DNA from: Clostridia bacterium
Lineage (GTDB): Bacteria; Bacillota; Clostridia; Christensenellales; Aristaeellaceae
NCBI GenBank assembly: GCA_045617125.1
Contig: JAZLIA010000042.1
Location: 21,627-53,626 of the forward strand
Reading direction: 5' to 3'
DNA length: 32,000 bases
Made by a program: the position numbers and the translations under genes. Position 1 is the stretch's first letter; each line of letters starts with the position of its first letter. Shown here one piece after another: positions 1 through 9,876 of this stretch. The notes under the pieces were generated by a model that saw only the letters and a program-made list of their open reading frames with translations, had not been told where the DNA came from and searched no databases.

Positions 1-3000
1 CGATCATGATCCTGATATACGGGAGCAGGCTTTCATCAAGAAAAAATGCGATGGGGGCAGTCATATTATATATGCTGAACCCTGTCACCATTCTGACTGG
101 TGCGGCGTGGGGACAGTCTGATTCTGCCATGACCGCATTGCTGCTGCTTTGTGTGCTTGAAGCGATTTCTGGAAGGTGGTATACCGCGCTTCCTGCGTAT
201 ACTCTTTCTGTTCTTATGAAACCGCAGGCGCTGATGTTTGGGCCGCTGGGGCTGGTATTTTTGCTGACCGAGGTGATCAGGAAAGGAAATACCGACAAAA
301 AGAGACAACAATACCATAAGTTACTTGAAGCAGGCGTGGGAATCCTGCTTTCATTAGCGATCTTCCTCCTTTTTATGCTTGTATTCCGGGGAGACCAGGA
401 ATTTGGCTGGCTGATCCGGTTATACTCAAAGACGATGACCAGTTATGCCTATGCAACGGTAAATGCCTGCAACGTTTATTTTTTGCTGGGGCTGAACTGG
501 GTGGGAGTCGAGCAGCCGGTACGTTTACTGGCAATTCTGCTGTGTACTTTGATCGGTGTGATCCCCTGTGTTGTTGCCCTGCTGCGGGTGAAGCAATCTG
601 ACGCACTGAAAGCAGGTGAAAGTGAAAAACGAAACCGCCGCATCCTGTCAGCAATGCTTTTTGTGATGTTGTCAGCAGGCACAATTGCAGTGTGCCTTAC
701 CGTGTTTGGGAAGCTTCTCAGTTTTTCTGCATTTGGAACGATCGAGACGGTTCTTTATGTACTTCTCTTCTGCAGTATTGCTGTAATCAAGCGTGATGTA
801 AAGGATCTCCCACTGCTGGGAGCCGGAATGCTGATCCTTCTTTTCAATACGGAAACGATGATGCATGAACGGTATCTGTTCCCGGCGATCGCACTGCTTG
901 CCTGTGCGTATCTTATTCAGCGTGACCGGCGTATTCTCTGGCTGATGATCGGAGTGAGCCTGTCCAGCCTTTTGAATATCGGATGTGTTCTGGACAGGAA
1001 CATCCGTATTGGAGGAGCTCTGGCACATCTGAACGGTCCGCAGGTCGGAATATTCAGCGATATGAAAGCCGTGGAGTATCTTGCCGCTGCAAGAAATGTG
1101 ATATCAGCCGGGTTTGCGCTGTATTTGTGCCTGGATATCTGCATACTGCGAAATCCGCCTAAAGAATATGATGCATTGAGTAAGGAACAGAAGACCCGAT
1201 CAAGCCCTGCGCAGAAGGATCAGGATCGGATCAATGGTTTGCTCAAGAACAGTGAAGCCCATTCTTCGCGACTCAGCCGGAAGGATGTGCTGGTCATGGC
1301 GCTTGTCACGATCGTGTACGCTGTGCTGGCTTTGACGAATCTCGGTTCCACGAAAGCTCCTCAGACAGGTTATATTTCCCGCAATGAACATGAAAAGATC
1401 CTGTTTGACCTTGGAGAAAACAGGACCTTCAAGCTGCTCTACTATCCAGGGATCCAATGGCAGGAGGAGTATGATCTTACTGTGAGGACCGGGGATTACG
1501 CAGAGTTTTTATCAGGACCTTATGAATTTACACTGCATCCGGGAGACTGCTTCCATTGGTCCTATGTGCTGGGCGGTTACGAAATGAACGGCCGGTATAT
1601 AATGATCGATACAGGTGCACGAAATTATGGAGATGTGATCGGCGCATCCCTGATGGAATTTGTGTGCCGCGATCCGGTGACAAATGAAAACATCCCCATG
1701 ACGCTGGTGTCTGGCCCTGAAGGAAGCGAAAAGCTGTGCGATGAACCGTATACGATCGACGGAGAACCAAGCTGGTGGAACAGCACTTATTTTGATGAGA
1801 TCTATCATGCCCGCACCGCCTATGAGCATTTGAACGGTCTCAGGACCTATGAAACGACGCATCCACCGCTTGGAAAAGTGATCATGAGCTGGTGCATTCG
1901 TCTCTTTGGCATGACTCCCTTTGGATGGCGTATTGCCGGGGCGCTTTGCGGCGTTTTGATGCTCCCCGCCATTTATATGCTTGCAAGATTGCTGACAAAA
2001 AAACGGAAGTATGCAGTGGGAGCAATTCTTGTGTTTTCCTTTGACCTGATGCATTTTACCCAAACCAGGATCGCAACGATTGACAGTTTTGTGGTGCTGT
2101 TTATCATGTGGAGCCTGTATTTTATGGTATACTGGGTGAAACAGGATTATTTCGGTGTTCGGTTTGTCAAGACATTGATCCCTCTCGCTCTGAGCGGATT
2201 GTTTATGGGCCTGAGCATAGCCAGCAAGTGGACAGGCTGCTATAACGGAGTAGGACTTGCTGTGCTGTTCTTTGCAACGGTGATCAGGCGGTTCCTTCAG
2301 GCAAACAGCGCTGCAAGGTGTGTTCGTTCTGCAGAAAAAAACGAAAAACTGCCGGATAAGGTGCTGAAGGCAGCAGCGCATGGAAAAATGATGCTGCTAA
2401 TAAGTGTGCTTTCATGCCTGGTGTTTTTTGTGGCGGTGCCGGCGATTATCTATTATCTGAGTTACATACCCTATTTCCGATATGCCGGAGGGGTAAGTCT
2501 GCAGCGGGTGATCGAAGCAGCGGAAGGGATGCTTTCCTATCACACGATTGCCGGGCTGGGAATGGATCATTTCTTCTATTCGCCATGGTATGAGTGGCCT
2601 CTTGTTATCAGGCCGATGTGGTATTTTCAGAATATCTATCACGCAGATGGAATGAGCTCGACGATCATGTGTATGGGAAATCCTGCCGTATGGTGGGGCG
2701 GTTTGCTGGGGCTCATTCTGGTCATTGTCGCGGCAGTCTACCCGCTCTATAAGAGAATTACCGGTCATGATCCGCTGCAGCTGGCACCGCTTCAGCATTA
2801 CGGACAGGATCTCAGAATTTTGATCCTCATGTTCTTTGCTCAGTATCTTCCCTGGATGCTTGTGCCGAGAGGAACCTATATCTATCATTATTTTGCCTGC
2901 GTGCCTGTTATTATCCTGTGTATCATGAAGATGATGGATATGATCGAGATCGCACACGATAAACAGAACGCGGAAATGATAGAATCCAAACCGTCCGAGC

Positions 3001-3179
3001 GAAACGGAAAAACCTCCAATGCAAAGAGAAAGAAGGGTGTGATCTATTGGATCCTGCCCCTCTATGTGCTGAGCTGCTTTGTTTTGTTCGTGCTGTTTTT
3101 CCCTTATGCCAGTGGGATCGTTGTACCGGTAAAATGGCTGGAGATGATGAAGTGGTTCCCAAGCTGGCTTTGGTACTGA
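1..3179 (+). CDS. Fused GT-C membrane glycosyltransferase, 5'-partial. The N-terminal half is a DUF2029/GT87-like polytopic module. The C-terminal half is a GT39 (PMT-family, phospholipid-carrier-dependent) glycosyltransferase with a discoidin-like insert.
   Basis: The frame is open to the window edge. The motif NPVTILTGAAWGQSDS normally lies well inside GT-C/DUF2029-like proteins, so the true start is probably upstream of the window. Layout: aa 1-383 polytopic module; charged linker aa 384-427; TM aa 428-447; beta-rich insert of about 130 aa. YFDEIYHA (nt 1791-1811) matches the loop-1 Asp-Glu motif of PMT/GT39 (compare FDEVHFG in yeast Pmt). SPWYEWPLVIRPMWY resembles the PMT_4TMC region. Confidence 0.75.
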   Translation, partial: IMILIYGSRLSSRKNAMGAVILYMLNPVTILTGAAWGQSDSAMTALLLLCVLEAISGRWYTALPAYTLSVLMKPQALMFGPLGLVFLLTEVIRKGNTDKKRQQYHKLLEAGVGILLSLAIFLLFMLVFRGDQEFGWLIRLYSKTMTSYAYATVNACNVYFLLGLNWVGVEQPVRLLAILLCTLIGVIPCVVALLRVKQSDALKAGESEKRNRRILSAMLFVMLSAGTIAVCLTVFGKLLSFSAFGTIETVLYVLLFCSIAVIKRDVKDLPLLGAGMLILLFNTETMMHERYLFPAIALLACAYLIQRDRRILWLMIGVSLSSLLNIGCVLDRNIRIGGALAHLNGPQVGIFSDMKAVEYLAAARNVISAGFALYLCLDICILRNPPKEYDALSKEQKTRSSPAQKDQDRINGLLKNSEAHSSRLSRKDVLVMALVTIVYAVLALTNLGSTKAPQTGYISRNEHEKILFDLGENRTFKLLYYPGIQWQEEYDLTVRTGDYAEFLSGPYEFTLHPGDCFHWSYVLGGYEMNGRYIMIDTGARNYGDVIGASLMEFVCRDPVTNENIPMTLVSGPEGSEKLCDEPYTIDGEPSWWNSTYFDEIYHARTAYEHLNGLRTYETTHPPLGKVIMSWCIRLFGMTPFGWRIAGALCGVLMLPAIYMLARLLTKKRKYAVGAILVFSFDLMHFTQTRIATIDSFVVLFIMWSLYFMVYWVKQDYFGVRFVKTLIPLALSGLFMGLSIASKWTGCYNGVGLAVLFFATVIRRFLQANSAARCVRSAEKNEKLPDKVLKAAAHGKMMLLISVLSCLVFFVAVPAIIYYLSYIPYFRYAGGVSLQRVIEAAEGMLSYHTIAGLGMDHFFYSPWYEWPLVIRPMWYFQNIYHADGMSSTIMCMGNPAVWWGGLLGLILVIVAAVYPLYKRITGHDPLQLAPLQHYGQDLRILILMFFAQYLPWMLVPRGTYIYHYFACVPVIILCIMKMMDMIEIAHDKQNAEMIESKPSERNGKTSNAKRKKGVIYWILPLYVLSCFVLFVLFFPYASGIVVPVKWLEMMKWFPSWLWY

Positions 3180-3231
3180 TAGAGAGAACGACCGACCATA
3201 GTGGGACTAGACAGTCCTGGAGGACTTTTTA

Positions 3232-4767
3232 ATGCTTGCAAGAACATTATGCTATGCACTGCAGGGAATAGACGGCTGCCCTGTCACGGTGGAAACGGAT
3301 GTATCCTATGGGGTCTATGCGTTTGCTATGGTGGGTTTACCGGACGCTGCTGTGCGGGAAAGTCATGACAGAGTCAATTCTGCGCTTAGAAACAGCGGTT
3401 ATGCGGTTCCGGAAGGGAAGATCACCATCAACTTAAGCCCGGGTGATCTGAAAAAGGAAGGCGCGGCATTTGACCTTCCTATTGCCGTATCGTTGATCGC
3501 CGCAAGCCGTCAGGCACCGCTTTCCGATCTGATGCAGGTGCTTACCCTTGGAGAACTTGCTCTTGACGGTTCGCTTGTGCCTGTGCGGGGCGTACTGAGC
3601 ATGGTGATCGCCGCAAGGGAACAGGGAATCACTCAGGTAGTACTTCCGGAAGGGAATGCAAAAGAAGTGCAGGCCGTTGAGGGGATGATGGTTTTTCCTG
3701 CCAGAAACCTGAGACAGGTCGTGGAGCATCTGAGCGGGAAAGCGGTGCTTGAAGCGCAGCATCAGCATTCCTATTCAGAATGTCTGACTGGAAGAAAAGA
3801 AGAATACGACCTTAGCCAGGTACGTGGCCAGGCAGGCGCCAGACGGGCACTGGAGATCGCCGCGGCAGGTGCGCATAACCTGCTTATGATCGGTGTGCCC
3901 GGCAGCGGAAAAACGATGCTGGCCCGGTGTCTTCCAGGGATCCTGCCGGATATGAGCGTTGAGGAAGCATTTGAAGTGACCAGGATCCATTCGGTAGCCG
4001 GTATGCTTGCTCCGGGTGAAGGGTTGATCACACAGCGTCCCTTCCGTACTCCGCATCATTCGGCCTCAATGGCGGCTCTGATCGGCGGAGGGATAGATGC
4101 AAGGCCGGGAGAAATCAGTCTGGCACACAATGGGGTACTTTTTCTGGATGAATTGCCGGAATATCCAAGAACGGTGCTGGAATCATTGCGTCAGCCGCTG
4201 GAGGATGGTTTTGTTAATGTCAGCCGTGCAAAGGCACATTCGCGTTATGATTGCCGCACGATGCTGGTTGCGGGTATGAACCCCTGTCCGTGCGGATATT
4301 ACGGAAGCAGGACTCGCCCCTGTCGTTGTACAGAGCATGATATAAGAAGGTATCTTGACCGGATATCGGGTCCTATGCTGGATAGGATCGATCTGCAGAT
4401 CGAAGTGGATGCTGTGCCGGTAAGCGAGATACAGCAGTCCACCCCTTCTGAAAGCAGTTCAAGCGTGAGGGAAAGAGTGCAGAAAGCCCGTGAAATGCAG
4501 CGGGAAAGACTCAAGGATACCTGTTTCTATGCGAATGCTCAGATGGGCAGCAGGGAAATAAATGAATTTTGCAAATTAGATAACGCTGGAAAAAAACTTC
4601 TGGAAGCGGCAGTGGAAAAGATGCACCTGAGCATGAGGGGATATAACCGGGTGCTGAAAGTGGCAAGAACTATTGCTGATCTTGCGGGAAAAGAAGAAAT
4701 CGGAGTGGGTGCAATTGCTGAAGCGATTCAGTACCGAACTCTCGATCAGAAGTATTGGTCAAAATGA
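3232..4767 (+). CDS. comM: YifB/ComM family Mg-chelatase-like AAA+ ATPase
   Basis: GGAGGA RBS at 3219-3224, 7 nt before the ATG. N-terminal Lon-protease-like domain (ITINLSPGDLKKEGAAFDLPIA). Walker A GVPGSGKTMLA, Walker B VLFLDELPE. Cys cluster CPCGYYGSRTRPCRC. Conserved position upstream of dprA. Confidence 0.9.
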   Translation: MLARTLCYALQGIDGCPVTVETDVSYGVYAFAMVGLPDAAVRESHDRVNSALRNSGYAVPEGKITINLSPGDLKKEGAAFDLPIAVSLIAASRQAPLSDLMQVLTLGELALDGSLVPVRGVLSMVIAAREQGITQVVLPEGNAKEVQAVEGMMVFPARNLRQVVEHLSGKAVLEAQHQHSYSECLTGRKEEYDLSQVRGQAGARRALEIAAAGAHNLLMIGVPGSGKTMLARCLPGILPDMSVEEAFEVTRIHSVAGMLAPGEGLITQRPFRTPHHSASMAALIGGGIDARPGEISLAHNGVLFLDELPEYPRTVLESLRQPLEDGFVNVSRAKAHSRYDCRTMLVAGMNPCPCGYYGSRTRPCRCTEHDIRRYLDRISGPMLDRIDLQIEVDAVPVSEIQQSTPSESSSSVRERVQKAREMQRERLKDTCFYANAQMGSREINEFCKLDNAGKKLLEAAVEKMHLSMRGYNRVLKVARTIADLAGKEEIGVGAIAEAIQYRTLDQKYWSK

Positions 4768-4783
4768 CAAGGCAGGTACATTA

Positions 4784-5857
4784 ATGAAAACATATACCGA
4801 TGAACAGAAGGCCCTGCTTTGGCTGCACAGCGAAGATACCCTTTCGTGGCGCGTGACCGATATGCTGATCGATCGGGAGGGCAGTGCTGCCGCAGTTTGG
4901 GAGCATTTCGGTTCACAGATGGGATCTCTCATAGGAAAAGCCTGGGAAAGTCTTTCAGAGAAACGAAAACAGGGATCGGAATACAGCGTAAAGCAATTGG
5001 AAAAGCTGGGATGCAGAGCACTGTTTCCGGAGGATGATGAATACCCGGAGAAACTGAAATATATTGATGACCGACCGCGGGTGCTTTATGTAAAGGGAAC
5101 GATATCCCAAGCGTGCAGCGTTGCGATCGTGGGAAGCAGAAGGGACACCCGTTATGGGAAACAGAATGCTTTCCGCGTCGCGGCGGAGCTTTCAAAGGAA
5201 AGGGTGAACGTGATCAGCGGGCTTGCACGGGGCATTGATACAGCGGCACATGAAGGCGCACTGTCGGAAAACGGATATACCGCTGCCGTGTTGGGATGTG
5301 GGATCGACCTGTGTTATCCACCTGAAAACAAAGTTCTTCTTACGAATATTCTTGATAAGGGCGGAGCGATACTAACAGAGTATCCTCCCGGTTCTCAGCC
5401 GGTCAGCTACCATTTTCCGCTTCGGAACCGGATCATCAGCGGCATTGCGGATGCCCTTCTTCTGATCGAAGCACGCCTCAAGAGCGGAACGAACAGCACG
5501 GTCAATTATGCTCTCAGTCAGGGCCGTGAGGTCTTTTGTCTGCCCGGAAATGTGGATGCGCCCGGCAGTGAGCTTCCGCTCAAGCTGCTCAAGGAGGGAG
5601 CAGGCATCTGTACCTGCGGCGAGGATATCATGAGCCGTATGGGATGGAAAACGAACCAGACAGATCTTTTTTCTCCGCCGGATGCTTTGGCATCGGATGA
5701 TCCGATTCTCAGATTGCTTTCCGGGGAAGAAAAGACATTTGAGGAATTACTGGTCGAAACCGGCATGGATGTGTCTGAACTGAATGCTCAGCTTACGATA
5801 CTGCAGTTTACCGGGAAGATTGCGAAGCACGCGGGAAGAACATATTCCTTACTTTAA
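4784..5857 (+). CDS. dprA: DNA-processing protein DprA (recombination mediator)
   Basis: SGLARGIDTAAH and FPLRNRIISG motifs of the DprA Rossmann domain. C-terminal winged-helix-like tail (TFEELLVETGMDVSELNAQLTILQFTGKI). I chose the ATG at 4784 (MKTYTDEQ) rather than the track start at 4673, which overlaps comM by 95 nt. Confidence 0.88.
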   Translation: MKTYTDEQKALLWLHSEDTLSWRVTDMLIDREGSAAAVWEHFGSQMGSLIGKAWESLSEKRKQGSEYSVKQLEKLGCRALFPEDDEYPEKLKYIDDRPRVLYVKGTISQACSVAIVGSRRDTRYGKQNAFRVAAELSKERVNVISGLARGIDTAAHEGALSENGYTAAVLGCGIDLCYPPENKVLLTNILDKGGAILTEYPPGSQPVSYHFPLRNRIISGIADALLLIEARLKSGTNSTVNYALSQGREVFCLPGNVDAPGSELPLKLLKEGAGICTCGEDIMSRMGWKTNQTDLFSPPDALASDDPILRLLSGEEKTFEELLVETGMDVSELNAQLTILQFTGKIAKHAGRTYSLL

Positions 5858-5895
5858 TATCATCAATAAGGTTATAAAGGAAAAGGAGGACAAGC

Positions 5896-8022
5896 ATGGC
5901 ATCAGCAACGAAACTGGTGATCGTCGAATCACCTGCGAAAGCCAAGACCATTGCTAAATATCTTGGAAAGGGATACAAGGTGGAAGCATCGCAGGGACAC
6001 GTGCGCGATCTGCCCAAATCTCAGCTTGGCGTGGATGTGGAAAATGATTTTGAAATGAAGTATATCACCATCTACGGAAGGGGGAAGATCCTGACCAAGA
6101 TCCGCAAGGAAGCGAAGAATGCCCGGCAGATCTTTCTTGCGACCGACCCAGACCGTGAGGGAGAGGCTATTTCATATCATCTTGCCAATGTACTGGGAAT
6201 TGACCCGGAGAAGGCACAGAGAATTGAATTTCATGAGGTAACGCAGACTGCGGTGCGTAATGCGATCGCCAATCCCCGTTCCATCGATATGGACCGGGTG
6301 GACGCACAGCAGGCACGCCGCGCACTGGATCGGCTTGTTGGCTATAAAATCAGTCCACTTCTCTGGATGAAAGTGAAAAAAGGTCTCAGTGCGGGAAGAG
6401 TACAGTCTGTTGCTACCCGTTTGGTCGTGGATCGCGAAAAGGAAATCGACGCATTCATCCCGGAAGAATACTGGGAACTGGATGCAGAAGCTCTTTTGCC
6501 TGTGCCAAGAGGAAGAAAAAACACTTTTTCCATGCGCCTGCACTTACTCGATGACAGAAAGGCGGATATCAGGAATGAGCAGGATGCGCTGAATGCCAGG
6601 AAACGCATTGAGAATTCCGATTTCGCAGTCACAGCCGTGCGGACTGGAGAAAAACGCAAGCAGCCGGCTCCTCCCTTTACGACTTCTTCGCTTCAGCAGG
6701 AAGCAGGCCGGAAGCTGAATTTCACGACCATGAAAACAATGCAGATCGTGCAGCAGCTTTATGAGGGTATTGAACTGGAAAAGGAAGGGGCACAGGGTCT
6801 TGTGACTTATATCCGTACCGACTCTGTACGGGTAAGTGACGAAGCCATGGCGGCAGTAAGAAGCTATATTCCAGAACAGTATGGGAGCAACTATCTTCCT
6901 GAAACTCCCAATGTGTATAAAGGACGCAGTAATGCGCAGGACGCACATGAGGCGATCCGTCCTACAGACATTACCAGAACGCCGGACAGTATCAAATCTT
7001 CCCTGACAAGAGATCAGTATAACCTTTATCGTCTCATCTGGAGCAGATTTATTGCAAGTCAGATGAGCTGTGCGGTTTACAAAACTATGCAGATGGATGT
7101 GACTGGAAACGGAGTGCAGCTGCGTTTCAGCGGCGAACATAAGGACTTTTCCGGTTTCACAGCGGTTTATGAAGAGGGAACGGATGATGAAACGGAAAAG
7201 ACGGAAAACCTGCTTCCGGATTTCAGGGAGGGAGAGCCTGTCATCATAAAGGAAGTCAAGGCTGTGCAGCATTTTACACAACCGCCCGCCCGTTACACGG
7301 AAGCGACCCTCGTAAGAACCATGGAAGAGCTCGGGATCGGACGTCCTTCCACCTATGCTCCCACCATCACCACGATCATCACCCGCGGGTATGTTTCACG
7401 GGAAAATAAGCGGCTGTATCCAACAGAATTGGGAAAAATGATCACCGATTTGATGGTGCAGTATTTCAGCGGGATCGTCGATACGGATTTCACTGCTTTG
7501 CTGGAGGATCGTCTGGACGGAGTGGAAGAGGGAACCGTCCAGTGGAAGCAGGTACTTCGGGATTTCTATCCGCCGTTTGAGGAAATGCTTACTCATGCGG
7601 AGGCGGAAGCAGAAAAAGTCGAGATCCGGGATGAAGTGAGCGATGTGCCCTGCGACAAGTGCGGCGAAATGATGGTGTATAAGGTTGGAAGGTTTGGAAA
7701 ATTCCTGGCATGCCCCAATTTCCCGGAATGCAGAAACACGATGCCTATTCTAAACTACATTGAGGCGGCTTGTCCCAAATGCGGAGGGCGTTTGCTTGAA
7801 AAAACCAGCAGAAAGAACCGCCGTTTTTACGGCTGTGAGCATTATCCGGATTGCGATTTCGTTTCCTGGGATAAACCTGCTGTAAAAAAGTGTGAAAAAT
7901 GCGGAAGCTTCATGACGGAGAAAAAAAATAATAAAGATGAGACGTGGCTGCTTTGTGCAAATGAGAATTGCAGACACCGGGAGCTGCTTTCCAATCCCGA
8001 AACGGAGGCCGTGAAGGAATGA
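5896..8022 (+). CDS. topA: DNA topoisomerase I (type IA)
   Basis: GGAGGA RBS 5 nt upstream. Toprim domain [14 protein letters not shown] and DPDREGE. Active-site region VTYIRTDS. Three C-terminal C4 zinc ribbons ([35 protein letters not shown]). Confidence 0.95.
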   Translation: MASATKLVIVESPAKAKTIAKYLGKGYKVEASQGHVRDLPKSQLGVDVENDFEMKYITIYGRGKILTKIRKEAKNARQIFLATDPDREGEAISYHLANVLGIDPEKAQRIEFHEVTQTAVRNAIANPRSIDMDRVDAQQARRALDRLVGYKISPLLWMKVKKGLSAGRVQSVATRLVVDREKEIDAFIPEEYWELDAEALLPVPRGRKNTFSMRLHLLDDRKADIRNEQDALNARKRIENSDFAVTAVRTGEKRKQPAPPFTTSSLQQEAGRKLNFTTMKTMQIVQQLYEGIELEKEGAQGLVTYIRTDSVRVSDEAMAAVRSYIPEQYGSNYLPETPNVYKGRSNAQDAHEAIRPTDITRTPDSIKSSLTRDQYNLYRLIWSRFIASQMSCAVYKTMQMDVTGNGVQLRFSGEHKDFSGFTAVYEEGTDDETEKTENLLPDFREGEPVIIKEVKAVQHFTQPPARYTEATLVRTMEELGIGRPSTYAPTITTIITRGYVSRENKRLYPTELGKMITDLMVQYFSGIVDTDFTALLEDRLDGVEEGTVQWKQVLRDFYPPFEEMLTHAEAEAEKVEIRDEVSDVPCDKCGEMMVYKVGRFGKFLACPNFPECRNTMPILNYIEAACPKCGGRLLEKTSRKNRRFYGCEHYPDCDFVSWDKPAVKKCEKCGSFMTEKKNNKDETWLLCANENCRHRELLSNPETEAVKE

Positions 8023-9344
8023 AACCTGTTAACGTGATCGGGGCTGGCCTTGCCGGCTGTGAAGCGGCCTGGCAGCTGATCAAAAGAGGGGTCCCTGTGG
8101 TTCTTTATGAAATGAAACCGGAGAAGATGACTCCGGCTCATCAATCCGTTCTGTTTGCTGAGCTTGTGTGTTCCAATTCCCTGCGTAGTGACAGGCCTAC
8201 CAATGCCGTAGGTTTGCTCAAGGAAGAAATGAGGCGGATGGACAGCCTTATCATGAAGGCGGCCGATCTGTCGCGGGTGCCTGCCGGAGGAGCATTGGCA
8301 GTGGATCGCGAGCAGTTTTCCGGTTATATCACGGAAACACTCAGGAAACATCCTCTGGTGACGGTGAAAGAAGAAGAGATGACCGGGATACCGGAAGCCC
8401 CCTGTATTATTGCTACAGGTCCTCTGACGAGTGAAAAAATGTGTGACGCGATCCGTGAGCTTCCGGGAATGACGACCCTTAATTTTTACGATGCCGCCGC
8501 TCCGATCGTGACGGCGGATTCACTGGATATGACTCAGGTATACCGCGCGTCCCGTTATGGAAGAGGAGACGATTATCTGAACTGTCCGATGGATCGTGCA
8601 CAGTATGAAGCATTTTGGAAGGCTTTGACAGAGGCGGAAACCGCTCCGGTGCACGGATTTGAAGAAACCAAGGTGTTTGAAGGATGTATGCCGGTTGAAT
8701 CCATGGCCAAGCGGGGCCCCATGGTGTTGGCATTCGGACCGCTCAAACCGGTAGGTCTGCCCGATCCCCGCACCGGGAAGGATCCTTATGCTGTGGTGCA
8801 GCTAAGGCAGGATGACGCAGCAAACACGCTTTATAATATCGTGGGTTTCCAGACAAGATTGAAGTTTCTGGAACAGAAACGGGTGTTCGGTATGATCCCC
8901 GGTCTTGAGAATGCTGAGTTTGCCCGCTATGGAGTGATGCACAGAAACACGTTTCTGAATAGTCCCGGTATGCTGGACGAGCATTATTGCATGCTGAGCC
9001 GCGATATGACCTATTTTGCCGGTCAGATGACCGGTGTGGAAGGCTATGTAGAATCTGCTTCCAGCGGCCTTGTATGCGGAGTGGATCTGGCTATGCGGCT
9101 GCTTGGAAGATCCCGTCCTGATTTTACCAGACAAACAGCGATAGGTTCGCTTGGTTATTATGTATCCTGTACCAATACCCGTTTTCAGCCCATGAACGTG
9201 ACCTTTGGGATCATACAGGGACCGGATGTAAGGGTACACAGCAAAATGCAGAAGTATGAGGCGATTGGAGAAAGGGCTCTGAAGATCATTGACGGGCTGA
9301 ATGAGAAAACGAATCAGGATCGCTTTGAGGAGGAGGAAAAATGA
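8019..9344 (+). CDS. trmFO: Methylenetetrahydrofolate--tRNA-(uracil-5-)-methyltransferase TrmFO (Gid)
   Basis: FAD-binding motif [17 protein letters not shown] directly after the ATG at 8019. This ATG overlaps the topA stop as ATGA. Conserved topA-trmFO-hslVU order as in Bacillus. Confidence 0.92.
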   Translation: MKPVNVIGAGLAGCEAAWQLIKRGVPVVLYEMKPEKMTPAHQSVLFAELVCSNSLRSDRPTNAVGLLKEEMRRMDSLIMKAADLSRVPAGGALAVDREQFSGYITETLRKHPLVTVKEEEMTGIPEAPCIIATGPLTSEKMCDAIRELPGMTTLNFYDAAAPIVTADSLDMTQVYRASRYGRGDDYLNCPMDRAQYEAFWKALTEAETAPVHGFEETKVFEGCMPVESMAKRGPMVLAFGPLKPVGLPDPRTGKDPYAVVQLRQDDAANTLYNIVGFQTRLKFLEQKRVFGMIPGLENAEFARYGVMHRNTFLNSPGMLDEHYCMLSRDMTYFAGQMTGVEGYVESASSGLVCGVDLAMRLLGRSRPDFTRQTAIGSLGYYVSCTNTRFQPMNVTFGIIQGPDVRVHSKMQKYEAIGERALKIIDGLNEKTNQDRFEEEEK

Positions 9345-9874
9345 GCTTAAAGGGAACCACGATCTGTGCGGTAAAAAAGAACGGTCAGATCGCGATTGCA
9401 GGCGACGGACAGGTCACCATGGGTGAAAATACGATTTTTAAAAGCAATGCGAGAAAGGTGCGGCGGATCTACAACGATTCTGTCGTAATCGGTTTTGCAG
9501 GAACAGTATCGGACGCTTTTGTTCTGAGTGAACGCTTTGAGGATAAGCTTTCACAGTGCGGGGGCAATCTTGAACGCGCGGCGGTGATGCTTGCTCACGA
9601 TTGGCGTGGAGATCACGGAATGCGCCAGCTTGAAGCAATGATGATCGTTGCGGATAAGACCGGGATGTATATCGTTTCAGGAACCGGTGAAGTGATCGAT
9701 CCGGATGGGGGAATCGCGGCAATCGGAAGCGGCGGGAACTATGCGTTGGCGGCTGCAAGGGCTCTTTCTGAAAATACAGACCTGTCCGCTCATGAGATCG
9801 CGGATAAGGCGCTTCATATTGCAGCGGGAATATGTGTTTTCACAAATGACAGCATCGTTGTGGAGGATGTTTGA
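9341..9874 (+). CDS. hslV: ATP-dependent protease subunit HslV (ClpQ/CodW)
   Basis: [28 protein letters not shown] matches the HslV N-terminal nucleophile hydrolase signature. [14 protein letters not shown] motif. ATGA overlap with the trmFO stop. Confidence 0.93.
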   Translation: MSLKGTTICAVKKNGQIAIAGDGQVTMGENTIFKSNARKVRRIYNDSVVIGFAGTVSDAFVLSERFEDKLSQCGGNLERAAVMLAHDWRGDHGMRQLEAMMIVADKTGMYIVSGTGEVIDPDGGIAAIGSGGNYALAAARALSENTDLSAHEIADKALHIAAGICVFTNDSIVVEDV

Positions 9875-9876
9875 GC

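Noticed and set aside
3047-3232. A 61-aa plus-strand ORF bridges the glycosyltransferase 3' end and the comM start.
   Set aside because: It is an alternative frame of the GT39 C-terminal TM region. It has no RBS, and its stop coincides with the comM start region. It is a frame artefact.
4673-4783. The upstream extension of dprA (track start 4673) overlaps comM by 95 nt.
   Set aside because: The extension (MLILREKKKSEWVQLL..) is just the comM 3' end read in another frame. The ATG at 4784 begins the conserved DprA N-terminus and sits 17 nt after the comM stop.
7968-8018. The upstream extension of trmFO (track start 7968) lies inside topA.
   Set aside because: The FAD-binding GxGxxG motif follows directly after the ATG at 8019, and this ATG forms an ATGA overlap with the topA stop. 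The extension has no homology value.
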